Assembly (NCBI RefSeq): GCF_022640935.1
Contig: NZ_JALCCV010000002.1
Location: forward strand, 52,331 to 116,330
Reading direction: 5' to 3'
Length of the DNA: 64,000 nucleotides
Source: Bifidobacterium sp.
GTDB lineage: Bacteria > Actinomycetota > Actinomycetes > Actinomycetales > Bifidobacteriaceae
Below the pieces are notes generated by a model. The model worked only from the letters and a program-made list of their open reading frames with translations, was not told the DNA's origin and did not search any database. Below, piece after piece: positions 40,086 through 51,598 of the stretch (positions are counted from its first letter, which is position 1; each line of letters starts with the position of its first letter). The translations under genes were made by a program, and so were the position numbers.

Positions 40086-40778
40086 ATGTTCGAAAAACTA
40101 CGTGGACCTTTTAAGAAGGTCTTAGCCCCGATAGCGCGCGGACTGGTGCGCCTCGGCCTCACCGCTGACATGGTCACGGTGATCGGCGCCGTCGGCACGA
40201 TCATCGCAGCCGTCATCACCGGCGTCACCGGCTGGATGGTGCCTGGCACATTAGTGTTGGCCGTGCTGGTCGTCTTCGACTCGCTCGATGGGTCGGTGGC
40301 GGCCATCACTACCGGCGGCACGGAATTCGGCGCCTTTCTGGACTCAACGCTCGACCGCATCGCCGACTGGGCGGTGCTCGTTGCCGTCATGCTCTTCTTC
40401 GAACTGCATAGCGACTGGTGGTATGACGCCGCATCGGAGACGTCCCCGGACTACGTGCGTTATATCGGCATCGGCTGCGCGCTCTACGCCGTCATGACCT
40501 CCTTCGTGACCTCATACGCCCGAGCCCGCGCCGAATCGGTGGGTTACGAAGCCAAGAACGGCATCGCCACACGATCCGACCGGCTGGTTATCATCCTGGT
40601 GGGGATGTTCCTGACCGGGCTGTTCCGCAATGGCCTATGGTTGATGGGCTTCATCGTGCTGCTCGCAGTGCTTGGCACGATCACGGTCTTCCAGCGCATC
40701 CATGAAGTGCGCAGGCAGATGACCAGGCAGGAGCCGGCCCAGCCCATCGTGTCCGAGCCGCGTGTCGAGGCGCAATAG
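40086..40778 (+). CDS. pgsA: Phosphatidylinositol(-phosphate) synthase, CDP-alcohol phosphatidyltransferase
   Basis: LGLTADMVTVIG, DSLDGSVA...FGAFLDSTLDRIAD, TSYARARAES. Confidence 0.85.
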   Translation: MFEKLRGPFKKVLAPIARGLVRLGLTADMVTVIGAVGTIIAAVITGVTGWMVPGTLVLAVLVVFDSLDGSVAAITTGGTEFGAFLDSTLDRIADWAVLVAVMLFFELHSDWWYDAASETSPDYVRYIGIGCALYAVMTSFVTSYARARAESVGYEAKNGIATRSDRLVIILVGMFLTGLFRNGLWLMGFIVLLAVLGTITVFQRIHEVRRQMTRQEPAQPIVSEPRVEAQ

Positions 40779-40799
40779 GCGGGAAGGGGGCTCCTCCAT

Positions 40800-41852
40800 A
40801 TGCTCGATCGCATGCTCATAGCCGTCGCCAAGCACGCGCGATCCATTCCTGAGCCATTGCTGCGCGGGCTTTTCTCGTGTGCTGCCGACGTGTGCTGGCT
40901 GTTCGGCATCGGGGGAGTGCGCCAGCTGGAGCGCAATCTGCGTCATGTACTGGGTGCGGGGCAAACGATCACGGAACAGGCGGAAATCAAACAGTCGGCT
41001 ACAGTCCATGCTCCGCGTCGCCGCCTGCGTCGGCTTTCGCGACGTGGCATGCGCTCGTATTTCGCCTATTTCTCAGAGGCCATGACTGTGGGAGCGCGCA
41101 GCGAAGACCAACTTCGCGCCCGGGTGCGCGGCGACGGGCCAGGGCTCAGGAGCTTGGCGGCGTATGTGCATGATTCCACCGGTTCGGCGCCGCTGGCCAT
41201 CGGGCATCAGGGCAACTGGGATTACGCCGGGTTCTGGGCGCATCAGGACTTAGCCCCTGTCACGACGGTGGCCGAGAAACTCAACAACCAGGAGCTGCTC
41301 GACACCTTCGTCAGCATCCGCGAACTGCTTGGCATCACCGTAGTGCTGACCGGCCAGAAAGGCCTCACCGCGCAACTTGAAAAGGCGCTGGAAAAACCGA
41401 ATGTCGTCGTCCCGCTGCTCGCCGACCGTGATCTGAGTCGCCATGGCGAATTCGTCTCGGCCTTCGGGTCCACGATTCGTGTCGCACGCGGGCCGGCGAC
41501 TCTGGCCTTGGATACCGAGCTGCCGCTGTACGTCGCCAATGTGTTCCGCGAGCGGCTGCATGGCGGGCGCCGCCGTCAGGCCAAATCGCGCTACGGGTAT
41601 GTGTGCCGCATCGAAGGGCCGCTGGATATCGACCGGTATCGTTCGCTGCCGCGTGAACAGGCGATTCGCGCCATCAGCCAGGCATGGGTCGATGTATGGT
41701 CGGCGCAGATCGCGCAGCGCCCCGAGGACTGGCACATGCTCCAGCCGATCTTCCTCGAGGATCTCGATCTGGCCCGGCTTGCCGATGTGCCGCAGGATAT
41801 TGTGGCCGCAATGGCGCGGGACAATGCAAACGCCAACAATAGGAGGCGTTGA
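40800..41852 (+). CDS. Phosphatidylinositol mannoside acyltransferase (PatA-like)
   Basis: GHQGNWDYAG (HxxxxD), LLADRDLSRHG, EDWHMLQP; sits between pgsA and pimA. Confidence 0.82.
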   Translation: MLDRMLIAVAKHARSIPEPLLRGLFSCAADVCWLFGIGGVRQLERNLRHVLGAGQTITEQAEIKQSATVHAPRRRLRRLSRRGMRSYFAYFSEAMTVGARSEDQLRARVRGDGPGLRSLAAYVHDSTGSAPLAIGHQGNWDYAGFWAHQDLAPVTTVAEKLNNQELLDTFVSIRELLGITVVLTGQKGLTAQLEKALEKPNVVVPLLADRDLSRHGEFVSAFGSTIRVARGPATLALDTELPLYVANVFRERLHGGRRRQAKSRYGYVCRIEGPLDIDRYRSLPREQAIRAISQAWVDVWSAQIAQRPEDWHMLQPIFLEDLDLARLADVPQDIVAAMARDNANANNRRR

Positions 41853-41908
41853 GGCCAGGCAACGCCGAACGCTGCGCAGGCGGCACTGGCATCGGGCAAC
41901 GCGGCGAT

Positions 41909-43156
41909 ATGACAAAAACCGAGGGCCGTGCCACAATGCCAGTTATGCCTCATATGCCGCAACCGCCTGAAACGCCGATGGCCGCAAACGCCGCAGAAGC
42001 TGACGATCCATTGCACGGGCGCAAGCTGAACATCGGCATTATCTCGCCATATTCTTTCGAAACCCCCGGCGGCGTGCAGTTCCATATCCGTGATTTCGCG
42101 AAAGAGCTTACGGCCCGCGGCCATCACGTCGAAGTGCTGGCTCCCGGCAGACGCACCAAGGATATGCCGCTGTGGGTGCATGCGAACGGCAGCTCGTTCT
42201 CGATCCATTACAACGGATCCGTGGCCCGGCTGAGCTACTTCGGCGTCGTCGGATTACAGGCCCGCCGCTGGGTCGAACAGGGCCAATTCGACATTCTTCA
42301 TTTGCACGAGCCCGAAACTCCATCCTTGAGCCATAAGCCGCTCACGATGAAACATCATCCGCCGATGATAGCGACCTTCCACGCGGCCTTCACCACGTAC
42401 CCGCGTGCGCTGCTGCTCTTTGAACCCTATCTGCGCCGCTATCTCGACCCACTGTCCGATGCGATCTGCGTGAGCGAGGCCGCGCTGGACACCGCCGCGC
42501 ACTACCTGCCGGAGCATATCGACGCCCATATCATCCCCAATGGCATCAGCACGGCCTTTTTCGCTCACGCCGAGCCCGCTCCGCGCTGGCTGGGCACTGC
42601 GGAGCGGCCTACGATCGGCTTCCTTGGCCGCATGGGCGACGAGCGAAAAGGCTTCATCGTCTTTGCCCAGGCTGCGCAGCGTATCCTAGGCACCTATCCA
42701 CACGCACGTTTCCTGTGCGTAGGCGATGGCGAAGGCAGTGGCAGGCGAATCCTGAACAGAACCGACCCTAGTGGAGCGCTCGCCGAACACTGCGAATTCC
42801 TCGGGCGCATCAGCGACGAAGACAAGGCTCGATTCTATCGTTCGCTCAGCGTCTATATCGCCCCGCAGACGGGCGGCGAAAGCTTCGGCATTGTGCTGGC
42901 CGAGGCGATGGCCGCAGCCTGCCCGGTCGTGGCGTCAGACCTTGACGCCTTCCGTGCGGTAGCCGACAACGGCGCGGCCGCAGCCCTGTTCGAAAACGGC
43001 GACGGACGGGATTGCGCGCGCGCCGTGTGCGGGGTGCTTGCGGATTCCTCGCTGCGCGAACGGCTGTGCGCAGAGGGTTCGCAGCGCTCGCAACTATACG
43101 ACTGGTCGGGCGTCACTGGCCGCGTTTTGGAGATCTATGCCCGGGCTTTGTCGTGA
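41909..43156 (+). CDS. pimA: Phosphatidylinositol alpha-mannosyltransferase (GT4; start uncertain)
   Basis: IGIISPYSFETPGGVQFH, ILHLHEPETPSLS, FLGRMGDERKG, APQTGGESFGIVLAEAMAA. Confidence 0.82.
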   Translation: MTKTEGRATMPVMPHMPQPPETPMAANAAEADDPLHGRKLNIGIISPYSFETPGGVQFHIRDFAKELTARGHHVEVLAPGRRTKDMPLWVHANGSSFSIHYNGSVARLSYFGVVGLQARRWVEQGQFDILHLHEPETPSLSHKPLTMKHHPPMIATFHAAFTTYPRALLLFEPYLRRYLDPLSDAICVSEAALDTAAHYLPEHIDAHIIPNGISTAFFAHAEPAPRWLGTAERPTIGFLGRMGDERKGFIVFAQAAQRILGTYPHARFLCVGDGEGSGRRILNRTDPSGALAEHCEFLGRISDEDKARFYRSLSVYIAPQTGGESFGIVLAEAMAAACPVVASDLDAFRAVADNGAAAALFENGDGRDCARAVCGVLADSSLRERLCAEGSQRSQLYDWSGVTGRVLEIYARALS

Positions 43157-43210
43157 AATTGCATTAGAATCACTATGTTTAACGTATTCGCATAGCTGCT
43201 GAGGAGTATT

Positions 43211-43969
43211 ATGTCAGGGCATTCCAAATGGGCGACGACCAAGCACAAGAAAGCGGCCATTGACGCCAAGCGCGGCAAGCTGTTCGCCAAGCTGATCAAG
43301 AACATCGAAATCGCGGCCCGCATGGGCGGCGGTGATCCCGACGGCAACCCCACGCTCTATGATGCCATCGTCAAGGCCAAGAAGAACTCCATGCCGGCCG
43401 ACAACATCAAGCGCGCCGTCAAGCGCGGCTCCGGCGAGGAGGCCGGCGCTGCCAACTACGAGGACATCGTGTATGAAGGCTACGCGCCCGCAGGCGTGGG
43501 CCTGATCATCGAATGCCTGACAGACAACCGCAACCGTGCCGCCGCCGAGGTGCGTTCGACGCTGACCAAGGCAAACGGCTCTTTGGCCACTTCTGGTTCG
43601 GTGAGCTTCAATTTTGAGCGCAAGGGCCAGATCGTCGTTCCTGTCGACGGCATCGACTTTGACAAGCTTTTTGAACTGGCTGCGGAGGCTGGCGCCGAAG
43701 ACGTGAGCGACGAGGGCGAAGTGTACACGGTCATCACCGATCCTGGCGACATGATAACCGTGCGCAAGGCACTGCAGGATGCGGGGGTCGACTACGATTC
43801 CGCCGATCTGATCATGAGTCCCAAGAGCGAGATCGAGTTGGACGTGGACGATGCGCGCAAGGTATCGCATTTGGTCGACAACCTCGATGATCTTGACGAT
43901 GTGCAGAACATCTACAGCAACTGGACCGCCTCGGACGAGGTGATGGCCGAACTCGACGAGGAAGAGTGA
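43211..43969 (+). CDS. yebC: YebC/PmpR family protein
   Basis: [37 protein letters not shown]. Confidence 0.95.
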   Translation: MSGHSKWATTKHKKAAIDAKRGKLFAKLIKNIEIAARMGGGDPDGNPTLYDAIVKAKKNSMPADNIKRAVKRGSGEEAGAANYEDIVYEGYAPAGVGLIIECLTDNRNRAAAEVRSTLTKANGSLATSGSVSFNFERKGQIVVPVDGIDFDKLFELAAEAGAEDVSDEGEVYTVITDPGDMITVRKALQDAGVDYDSADLIMSPKSEIELDVDDARKVSHLVDNLDDLDDVQNIYSNWTASDEVMAELDEEE

Positions 43970-43976
43970 CGCCCTC

Positions 43977-44558
43977 GTGATCATCCTAGGCGTCGATCCC
44001 GGGCTTACCCGCTGCGGTGTCGGCGTGATCGGAGCCGGCGCATCCCGCCGGCTTTCCTTTATCCATGTGGATGTCGTGCGCTCCGATCCGCATACATCGC
44101 AGGATCTGCGGCTGCTGACCATCTACAACGGCTTGCGCGCCAAAATCGAGCGTTTCGCGCCCGATACCGTGTCCATCGAACGCGTGTTCGCCCAAGAGAA
44201 CCGCAACACCGTGCTCGGCACCGCCCAGGCAGCTGGCATGGCGATGCTCGCCGCGGCGCAACTGGGCATCCCGGTCGCGCTGCATACGCCGACCGAGGTC
44301 AAGCTGGCGATCACCGGCAACGGGCGCGCCGAGAAGATCCAGATCGAGCGCATGGTGGCGCATATCCTGAACCTCAATACGATGCCCAAGCCAGCCGATG
44401 CGGCCGATGCCCTGGCGCAGGCCATCACCCATGCGTTGCGCCCGGCCGGCGCGCTCGAAGGCGGCGAACGCGAGCAGCATCTGACTACGGCGCAGCGGCA
44501 GTGGGCCGAGGCGTCGCAAGAGGCGCAGCGGCGGCACAGCGTCGACCGCGGCATGTAG
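43977..44558 (+). CDS. ruvC: Holliday junction endonuclease
   Basis: [32 protein letters not shown]. Confidence 0.95.
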   Translation: MIILGVDPGLTRCGVGVIGAGASRRLSFIHVDVVRSDPHTSQDLRLLTIYNGLRAKIERFAPDTVSIERVFAQENRNTVLGTAQAAGMAMLAAAQLGIPVALHTPTEVKLAITGNGRAEKIQIERMVAHILNLNTMPKPADAADALAQAITHALRPAGALEGGEREQHLTTAQRQWAEASQEAQRRHSVDRGM

Positions 44559-44561
44559 AAT

Positions 44562-44577
44562 TCGAACAGATGTTCGA
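44562..44577. promoter_or_regulatory. LexA SOS box upstream of ruvA
   Basis: TCGAAC-AGAT-GTTCGA, an exact match to the actinobacterial LexA consensus TCGAAC-N4-GTTCGA. Confidence 0.8.
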
Positions 44578-44728
44578 ATATGCTGTGCGGTATGCGCAGC
44601 GCACGTTGTGTGCCGATTTCTCCGGCCGCTGTATATGCTGCCGGCAGGTCAGGCTGACCGCGGTGTGCTCCGATTGCGTTGTGCCCTAGCGGCTGTGTTA
44701 ACTGTTCTGAGCGATAGAGGGGACTGAC

Positions 44729-45346
44729 ATGATAGGAATGCTGGTCGGCCAGGTCGAGGCCGTCGATGCCGCCGCGGTGCTGATCATGGCTTCGGGCGTT
44801 GGCTTCGAGATCCGCATGCCGGCGGCTGAGCTCGCCGCGCTGCACGCCGGGCAGGAGGTGAAGGTCTACACTTCGCTCAATGTCTCGCAGGATGCCATCA
44901 CGCTGTTCGGCTTCCTCTCCCAGGCCGCGAAACGCATGTTCCTGCAATTGCAGAAGGTCAGCGGCATAGGGCCGAGGGTGGCGCTGTCATTGTTGTCTAC
45001 GCTGCCCCCTGAACGATTGGCCCGTGCGGTGGCCGACGGCGACGCGGCAGCGCTGGCCAAGGCGCCGGGGCTGGGCCGCAAGGGCGCGCAGAAGATCATC
45101 TTGGAGCTCAAAGGGTCGATTGATCTCGATCAGATCGAGGTGGGGGCATCAGCGAGTCTGCCGCATGCCGATACCGGGACGATGCAGGTGATCGAAGGAC
45201 TGATTTCATTGGGGTGGCGGGCGCAGGACGCCGAACTGGCGGTTCATTCGGCGTGTGAGGATAACGGCATCGTCACGCCGATTGCCGCGAAGGACGTGCC
45301 GCGTGTGCTCAAACTGGCCTTGGCGTCCTTGGACAGGGGAAGATGA
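44729..45346 (+). CDS. ruvA: Holliday junction branch migration protein
   Basis: [37 protein letters not shown]. Confidence 0.95.
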   Translation: MIGMLVGQVEAVDAAAVLIMASGVGFEIRMPAAELAALHAGQEVKVYTSLNVSQDAITLFGFLSQAAKRMFLQLQKVSGIGPRVALSLLSTLPPERLARAVADGDAAALAKAPGLGRKGAQKIILELKGSIDLDQIEVGASASLPHADTGTMQVIEGLISLGWRAQDAELAVHSACEDNGIVTPIAAKDVPRVLKLALASLDRGR

Positions 45347-46470
45347 GCGAGAGAACGATGGCACATGCAACAGCACGCAATACGATAGGCGATATGACTT
45401 CCACGAATAGTCCTGCGAACAACACCGGGCAGAACAATGACGGCGCCAGCGAGGAGTCGCTGCGCATGGTTTCCTCGCAGCCGGTGGGCAATGAGCCGAT
45501 CAGCGACGAGGAGCTGCGCCCGCAGGTTTTGGATGGCTTCATCGGCCAGCCTCGCTTGAAGGCCCAGTTGCAGCTGTTCCTCGATGCCGCGCGCAAACGT
45601 GAAGTGCCACCCGACCACATTCTGATGGCCGGCCCTCCGGGATTGGGCAAGACCACGCTGGCAATGATCACTGCGAACGAACTAGGCGTGCCGATTCGCG
45701 TGACGTCCGGCCCGGCGATTCAGCACGCCGGCGATCTTGCTTCGATCCTGAGTTCTCTGGATGCGGGCGAAGTCCTGTTCATCGACGAGATTCATCGCCT
45801 GCCGCGTGCCGCCGAGGAACTGCTCTACATCGCGATGGAGGATTTCCGCGTCGATGTGATGGTAGGCAAAGGCCCCGGCGCTTCTTCAATTCCGCTGACG
45901 CTGCCGCGGTTCACCGTCATCGGCGCAACCACGCGCGAAGGCATGCTGCCTTCCCCGCTGCGTGCGCGCTTCGGTTTCACGGCTCATCTGGATTTCTATC
46001 CACGTGAAGAGCTGGAAAAGCTCATCGAACGGTCGTCGTCGGTGCTGGGCGTGTCGCTGGCGGACGGCGCCGCGCAAGAGCTCTCCCTGCGCTCGCGAGG
46101 CACGCCGCGCATCGCCAACCGACTGTTGCGCCGGGTGCGCGACTGGGCGACGGTGCATGATCTCGATGTCGTGCGTCCGGATGCGGTGCATGAGGCGCTT
46201 GCGCTCTACCAAATCGATTCGGAAGGTTTGGATCGTCTGGATCTCGCCGTGCTGCACGCCGTCGTGAAAAATTTCAACGGCGGGCCAGTGGGATTGAATA
46301 ATCTCGCGGCCATGGTCGGTGAGGAGGCTGAAACCGTGGAGACAGTATGCGAGCCGTACTTGGTGCGAGAGGGTTTCCTCATCCGCACGCCCAAGGGCCG
46401 GGTCGCCACGCCGAAGGCGTGGGAGCATCTCGGGCTTACGCCGAGCGATGATGTCAGCAAGCTATTCTAA
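45343..46470 (+). CDS. ruvB: Holliday junction branch migration helicase
   Basis: [48 protein letters not shown]. Confidence 0.97.
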   Translation: MSERTMAHATARNTIGDMTSTNSPANNTGQNNDGASEESLRMVSSQPVGNEPISDEELRPQVLDGFIGQPRLKAQLQLFLDAARKREVPPDHILMAGPPGLGKTTLAMITANELGVPIRVTSGPAIQHAGDLASILSSLDAGEVLFIDEIHRLPRAAEELLYIAMEDFRVDVMVGKGPGASSIPLTLPRFTVIGATTREGMLPSPLRARFGFTAHLDFYPREELEKLIERSSSVLGVSLADGAAQELSLRSRGTPRIANRLLRRVRDWATVHDLDVVRPDAVHEALALYQIDSEGLDRLDLAVLHAVVKNFNGGPVGLNNLAAMVGEEAETVETVCEPYLVREGFLIRTPKGRVATPKAWEHLGLTPSDDVSKLF

Positions 46471-46539
46471 AATCTGTTGTTCGGACAATCAACCTTGTAC
46501 TGGGTGCGGGTGCGCCCGTCACGTTAGGAGCCACTCACC

Positions 46540-47022
46540 ATGCCTGATATGAATCTGCTCATCACCGTCCTCATCATCGTCGTATTCGGCGTGCTGATGT
46601 GGCGGCAAACCAAAAAAACCAAGGCGCAGCAGGCCGCGGTCCAAGATTTCCGTTCCAATCTGGAACCCGGCACCGAAGTCATCACCATCGGCGGCGTGAT
46701 CGGCAAAGTCGTATCGGTGGATGCGAAATACGAGGAGATCGTGATCGACTCCGAGGGCAGCCTCATGCGCTTCAAATCCTCCGCCATCAACAAGACCTAC
46801 ACCCGTCCGGCCTTCATCGACGACGATGAAGTGGACGAGAACGGCAATCCGCTTCCGCAGGAAGACGGCGCTGACGACCAGGTCGCATACGGCGAAATCA
46901 CCGATGCCGGGGCTGGCGATGGGGCAAACGACGTCACGGCTTCCGAAGAGGATAGCATTCCGGCTGAGTACGCCCAAGGCGCCGAGCCGAGCAGCAACGA
47001 ATCGGCGCCGACCGTCAAGTAG
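46540..47022 (+). CDS. yajC: Preprotein translocase subunit YajC with acidic tail
   Basis: Single N-terminal TM, LEPGTEVITIGGVIGKV. Confidence 0.88.
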   Translation: MPDMNLLITVLIIVVFGVLMWRQTKKTKAQQAAVQDFRSNLEPGTEVITIGGVIGKVVSVDAKYEEIVIDSEGSLMRFKSSAINKTYTRPAFIDDDEVDENGNPLPQEDGADDQVAYGEITDAGAGDGANDVTASEEDSIPAEYAQGAEPSSNESAPTVK

Positions 47023-47095
47023 CAGCCAAACCGCAGGAGGCGGGCAACGGCGTCAGCAGGATGAACATCAACCCAGGTAAGGCAGCAGACTTTCC

Positions 47096-47722
47096 ATGTC
47101 ATCAGTGAGACCACAAGCAGCGACAGCACAGGAATCAGCAGGCAAGGCGTCAGACATCTCCGTCGCGCAGCTCGATTGCGTCGGAGACGAGGACGCCAAG
47201 TACTTTGTTTCGCTCATTCGCACCATACCGGGGTTTCCCAAGAAAGGCATTCTCTTCCGGGATTTCATGCCACTGTTGGCCGATGCGCGCGGACTCGCCA
47301 TTCTCATCAGGGCGCTGCGACTGTCGCTGCCGGTGCCAGCGGATGATTTCGACAGCATCGCGGGACTTGAGGCGCGCGGATTCCTCTTTGGGCCGGCCTT
47401 GGCGGCTGCATTGGGCAAAGGCTTCATCGCGCTGCGTAAAACCGGCAAGTTGCCTCCGGAAACGCTCAGCGAGCAATACACGCTCGAATATGGGCAGGAA
47501 AGCGTCGAGATTGAAGACAACGCGATCTCATCCGGCGAACGGGTGCTCGTCGTCGACGATCTGATCGCCACCGGCGGCAGCGCCAATGCCGCGTCGCATC
47601 TCATTGAAAAAAGCGGCGGCAACGTCGCCGGATTCAGCTTCGTCATGGAGCTTGAAGGCCTTGGTGGCCGTTCGGCACTGGGCGATTACCCCATATCCAC
47701 GTTGGTCACCATGCCAGCCTAG
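47096..47722 (+). CDS. apt: Adenine phosphoribosyltransferase
   Basis: IPGFPKKGILFRDF, GLEARGF, LRKTGKLP, LEYG, VVDDLIATGGS. Confidence 0.95.
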   Translation: MSSVRPQAATAQESAGKASDISVAQLDCVGDEDAKYFVSLIRTIPGFPKKGILFRDFMPLLADARGLAILIRALRLSLPVPADDFDSIAGLEARGFLFGPALAAALGKGFIALRKTGKLPPETLSEQYTLEYGQESVEIEDNAISSGERVLVVDDLIATGGSANAASHLIEKSGGNVAGFSFVMELEGLGGRSALGDYPISTLVTMPA

Positions 47723-47838
47723 GCGGTTTGCCGGGCAACGGTCCTGCAACAATGTGGCGTAGTCGAACGGTGCCGTTCGTTTCCGCCGCAGCTGGCCGCA
47801 ATTGTTGAATCCCTGTCATAGAACGAAAGGTTTCGTCC

Positions 47839-49035
47839 ATGGATCTCTATGAATACCAAGCACGAAAGCTGTTGGACGAGCAGTCCATCGCCACGCCAAA
47901 AGCCATTTTCGCGCAGAACTCGCATGAAGTAGCCGATGCAGCGGAACGGATCGGGTATCCTTGCGTGATCAAGGCGCAGGTCAAAATCGGCCATCGCGGC
48001 CAGGCTGGCGGGGTCAAGCTTGCCGCCAGCCGCGACGAGGCAATACTCGCCGCCGAGCAGATCCTGCCTATGAGCATCCATGGTCATAAGACGAGCGGAG
48101 TGCTCGTCGCCGAGGCCAAGAACATTCTCCATGAGTACTATGTGTCGATCTCGCTGGACCGCACCTCGCGCGACTTCGATGTTCTGGCTACGGCCAACGG
48201 GGGCACGGAGGTCGAAAGCATCGCCCGCGAGCGGCCGGAAGCCGTCAAACGTCTGCATATCAGCGCGTTGGACGATTTTGATCTTGAAGCGGCGACAGCG
48301 ATGGCGCAAAGCATCGGTTTCTACCATGCCGACGTCGACCAGGCTGCGCAAGTGCTCCTCAAGATGTGGCGCTGTTTCAAAGAGAACGATGCGACGCTTG
48401 TCGAGATCAATCCTCTCGCCAAGATCGGCGACCCGGATGACGAATCCTCTAAATCGTTATGTGCTTTGGACGCCAAGATCTCGTTGGACGACAATGCTGC
48501 CTTCCGGCATGATGGCTGGCAGCGTTTTGACGATCCCCACCAGTTCGATCCCTTCGAAGAACGTGCCCGTGAGCATGGCTTGCATTACGTGCATCTGTCA
48601 GGCGAGGTCGGGGTCATCGGCAATGGCGCAGGTTTGGTCATGAGTTCGCTCGATGCTGTCTCAGGCGCTGGCGAGGCACAGCGCACCGGGGTTAAACCGG
48701 CGAATTTCCTCGATATCGGCGGGGGGGCCTCGGCTGAAGTCATGAGCGAAAGCCTGCGTATCGTGCTCTCCGACCCGCAGGTCGAATCAATACTTATCAA
48801 CATCTACGGAGGCATCACCTCCTGCGAACAGGTCGCCAACGGCATTCTCCGCGCATTGGATGCCTTGGGCTCATCGAAGCCGATCATTGTGCGTTTCGAC
48901 GGCAACGCAGCGGCCGAAGGACTGCATATCCTGCGTGATGCGGGCAATCCCGGCGTGCATGTCTGCGATACGATGGAACAAGCCGCACAGCGTGCGGCGG
49001 AACTTGCCGCAACAGCCAAGGAGGCACGTCGATGA
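47839..49035 (+). CDS. sucC: Succinate--CoA ligase beta subunit
   Basis: [48 protein letters not shown]. Confidence 0.94.
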   Translation: MDLYEYQARKLLDEQSIATPKAIFAQNSHEVADAAERIGYPCVIKAQVKIGHRGQAGGVKLAASRDEAILAAEQILPMSIHGHKTSGVLVAEAKNILHEYYVSISLDRTSRDFDVLATANGGTEVESIARERPEAVKRLHISALDDFDLEAATAMAQSIGFYHADVDQAAQVLLKMWRCFKENDATLVEINPLAKIGDPDDESSKSLCALDAKISLDDNAAFRHDGWQRFDDPHQFDPFEERAREHGLHYVHLSGEVGVIGNGAGLVMSSLDAVSGAGEAQRTGVKPANFLDIGGGASAEVMSESLRIVLSDPQVESILINIYGGITSCEQVANGILRALDALGSSKPIIVRFDGNAAAEGLHILRDAGNPGVHVCDTMEQAAQRAAELAATAKEARR

Positions 49036-49961
49036 GCGCATTTGTTGAAAGCGGCGTGCCGGTCATCGTCCAGGGCATGACCGGCCGCCAAGGCATGACC
49101 CATACGGCCCGTATGCTCGCGGCAGGCACGAATATCGTCGGAGGCGTCAACCCTCGCAAGGCCGGCACGGTGGTTCCCTTCCTCACGGGTCCCCGCAACG
49201 ACTCCGAGGCCACGCGCGAGATCCCGGTCTACGCCAATTGCGGCGAGGCCCGCGCTGCCACCGGGGCGCAGGCGAGCGTCGTGTTCGTGCCGCCGAGATT
49301 CGCCAAGGACGCGGTCGTTGAGGCAATCGAGGCGGGCATCGGACTGATCGTGGTCATCACCGAAGGCATTCCTGTGGCGGATACCGCTTATTTCGTCGAA
49401 CTAGCGCTGAGAAAAGGCGTGCGCGTCATCGGCCCCAACTGTCCCGGACTGGTGACTTTCAGCGATGATATGCAGCAGCCGGGCGTGAACCTGGGCATCA
49501 TTCCCGATGGGATCGTCAACTACGGCCCGCTGGCATTGGTTTCCAAATCGGGCACGCTCACCTACCAGCTCATGGGCGAACTCGCCGACATCGGATTCAC
49601 CACATGCATCGGAGCCGGGGGAGATCCCATTGTCGGCACCACGCTGCAGGAGGCGCTTCAAATCTTCGAGAAGGACGAAGACACCAAAGCCGTGGTGATG
49701 ATCGGCGAGATCGGCGGCAATGCCGAACAGGATGCAGCCGCATGGGCCGCCGAGCATATGAGCAAGCCCGTTGTGGCGTACATCGCCGGATTCACTGCTC
49801 CCGAGGGCAAGCAGATGGGACATGCCGGCGCCATCGTCTCCGGCGGCAAAGGCACGGCGCAAGATAAGAGGGATGCGCTTGAGGCCGCGGGCATCCGTGT
49901 GGGGGAAACCCCGGGGCAGACCGCGGGCATCATGCGCGAAATGCTCACCGTGAAACGCTGA
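49032..49961 (+). CDS. sucD: Succinate--CoA ligase alpha subunit
   Basis: [37 protein letters not shown] (phospho-His). Confidence 0.95.
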   Translation: MSAFVESGVPVIVQGMTGRQGMTHTARMLAAGTNIVGGVNPRKAGTVVPFLTGPRNDSEATREIPVYANCGEARAATGAQASVVFVPPRFAKDAVVEAIEAGIGLIVVITEGIPVADTAYFVELALRKGVRVIGPNCPGLVTFSDDMQQPGVNLGIIPDGIVNYGPLALVSKSGTLTYQLMGELADIGFTTCIGAGGDPIVGTTLQEALQIFEKDEDTKAVVMIGEIGGNAEQDAAAWAAEHMSKPVVAYIAGFTAPEGKQMGHAGAIVSGGKGTAQDKRDALEAAGIRVGETPGQTAGIMREMLTVKR

Positions 49962-49963
49962 GC

Positions 49964-51598
49964 ATGACCATGCAACCCAGACGATGGCTGAGCGGCGCTG
50001 GCGTGGCGTTGGCCAGCGCCGCCATATACTCCATCGCTTTGGGTTTCTTCCTGGCGCTGATGCTGCTGGTCATCTCGATGGAAGAGGGCGGCGACAATCT
50101 TTCGCAGCTCGCCATACCCTTAAGCGAAGCGATTGTGCTGCTCAGCCAAGGCATTGGTTTCGAAGCCGGCTCGATCACGCTGACGATCATGCCGCTGCTG
50201 CTGACGCTGCTGCTTATCGGGCTGATACGTTCGTTCGCCGTGCATTTCGGGGCGTCATCCTGGCAGGAGTATATCGCCGGCGCAGCCGTATGGATGGCGA
50301 TTAACGCCGTGTTCACACAAGGGGTGAGCGTCGGTCTGCTTGACCCGACATGGAAAATATGCCTGAAAACGTATATCGTGTTCACGCTTGGTTTCGCGCT
50401 TAATGCAGCACCCGCTTCGCAAGGGCTCAGACGGCTGACGGAGCTGGCGCGCAGCAGGGTGTCCGCGCCATTGCGCAAGGCGGTGGCGGTCGGACTGAAA
50501 ATCGGCGGGCTGCTCATTGCACTCTATCTGCTGTTCGGGCTGATCACGGCGGCAACTTGGGCCGTGCGAGGCAACGGAGCCATAGTGCGGCTGTTCGAGC
50601 TGAGCGGTATGCAGACCGGTTCCCGCATTTTCACCGTCATTTGCTCGCTGGCATGGTTGCCCAACATCGGCATCTGGGCGATCTCCTGGCTGTTCGGCGG
50701 CGGCTTCGCCATCGGCGACTTGGCCACCTTCACCCTGTGGTCCGGGCGGGCAACAGGTCTGCCCCCGCTTCCGGTGTTCGCCATGCTGCCCGAGCCGGTC
50801 GCCAGTGATGCCATGCGCAACATCCTGGTTTCCATTCCGCTGGCGTGCGGTCTCGTGGTTGGCATTGCCGCTTTGGTTGCGAGCCGGGGTTTTGCTATCC
50901 GCTTCATTCGTGGCGATGACAGCGCGAGAGCTGTTGACGGCGGTTTTGCTGATGGCGCTGCTGCCGACAAGGCTGCCGGTGCCTCCGGCTGGAGGCAGGC
51001 TGCGATTCAATTCGCCTATGCAGCAGGCGGTTTCTGCGTGGCCAGCGTCGCGACCTCGCTGGGCATGACGCTGCTGCTTGCTGTGTCGAATGGTTCATTG
51101 GGGCGCCAGCGCTTGGGCTATATCGGTGTCGATGTCATGGCTTCCACGCAGCGCATAGGCCAGCCCAGCGTTTCCGGGCTGTTCATCGCATGGCTGGCTG
51201 TGCTTATCGTCGTCTCGGCCGTATTCGTCGTCCGCCTCGCCCTCGCTCGCCGACTGCCGGCCGGTGGAACCGCTGCACGCATCATTGGCGGCCACAGCGG
51301 CGGGCGGGTCGGTGACGGATTCGATATCAACGTTGGCGATGATGGCGATATCGCCGATAGGGGCACCGGTATCATTGACGATGATACCGGCGATAATACC
51401 GAGAATGGCCCTGCCGGAGGCAAGACCGGTAAAGGCACCAGGCCGGTCAATTCCACCCTTGGCAGCGGAGCCGGCGCTTCGTTTGTCTCGGACAAGATTT
51501 CACGACGTGTCATCAGCTCGATGACCACACCCAAGGAGGACCATGATGACGACAACTCAGCGACCGATACGACGAGCCCTGGTTTCCGTCTTCCATAA
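49964..51598 (+). CDS. Polytopic membrane protein (DUF6350/PerM-like) with disordered C-terminal tail
   Basis: Many TM helices, LAWLPN...GGGFAIG; conserved actinobacterial position between sucD and purH. Confidence 0.7.
   Translation: MTMQPRRWLSGAGVALASAAIYSIALGFFLALMLLVISMEEGGDNLSQLAIPLSEAIVLLSQGIGFEAGSITLTIMPLLLTLLLIGLIRSFAVHFGASSWQEYIAGAAVWMAINAVFTQGVSVGLLDPTWKICLKTYIVFTLGFALNAAPASQGLRRLTELARSRVSAPLRKAVAVGLKIGGLLIALYLLFGLITAATWAVRGNGAIVRLFELSGMQTGSRIFTVICSLAWLPNIGIWAISWLFGGGFAIGDLATFTLWSGRATGLPPLPVFAMLPEPVASDAMRNILVSIPLACGLVVGIAALVASRGFAIRFIRGDDSARAVDGGFADGAAADKAAGASGWRQAAIQFAYAAGGFCVASVATSLGMTLLLAVSNGSLGRQRLGYIGVDVMASTQRIGQPSVSGLFIAWLAVLIVVSAVFVVRLALARRLPAGGTAARIIGGHSGGRVGDGFDINVGDDGDIADRGTGIIDDDTGDNTENGPAGGKTGKGTRPVNSTLGSGAGASFVSDKISRRVISSMTTPKEDHDDDNSATDTTSPGFRLP

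Noticed and set aside
46540-51598. Absence of secD/secF after yajC and of purN before purH
   Set aside because: Consistent with ordinary bifidobacterial gene order as I recall it; these genes may be absent genus-wide or located elsewhere.
51543-51598. 56-bp same-strand overlap of perM-like gene and purH
   Set aside because: Explained by a non-conserved disordered tail running past purH's strong RBS; no sign of recoding.
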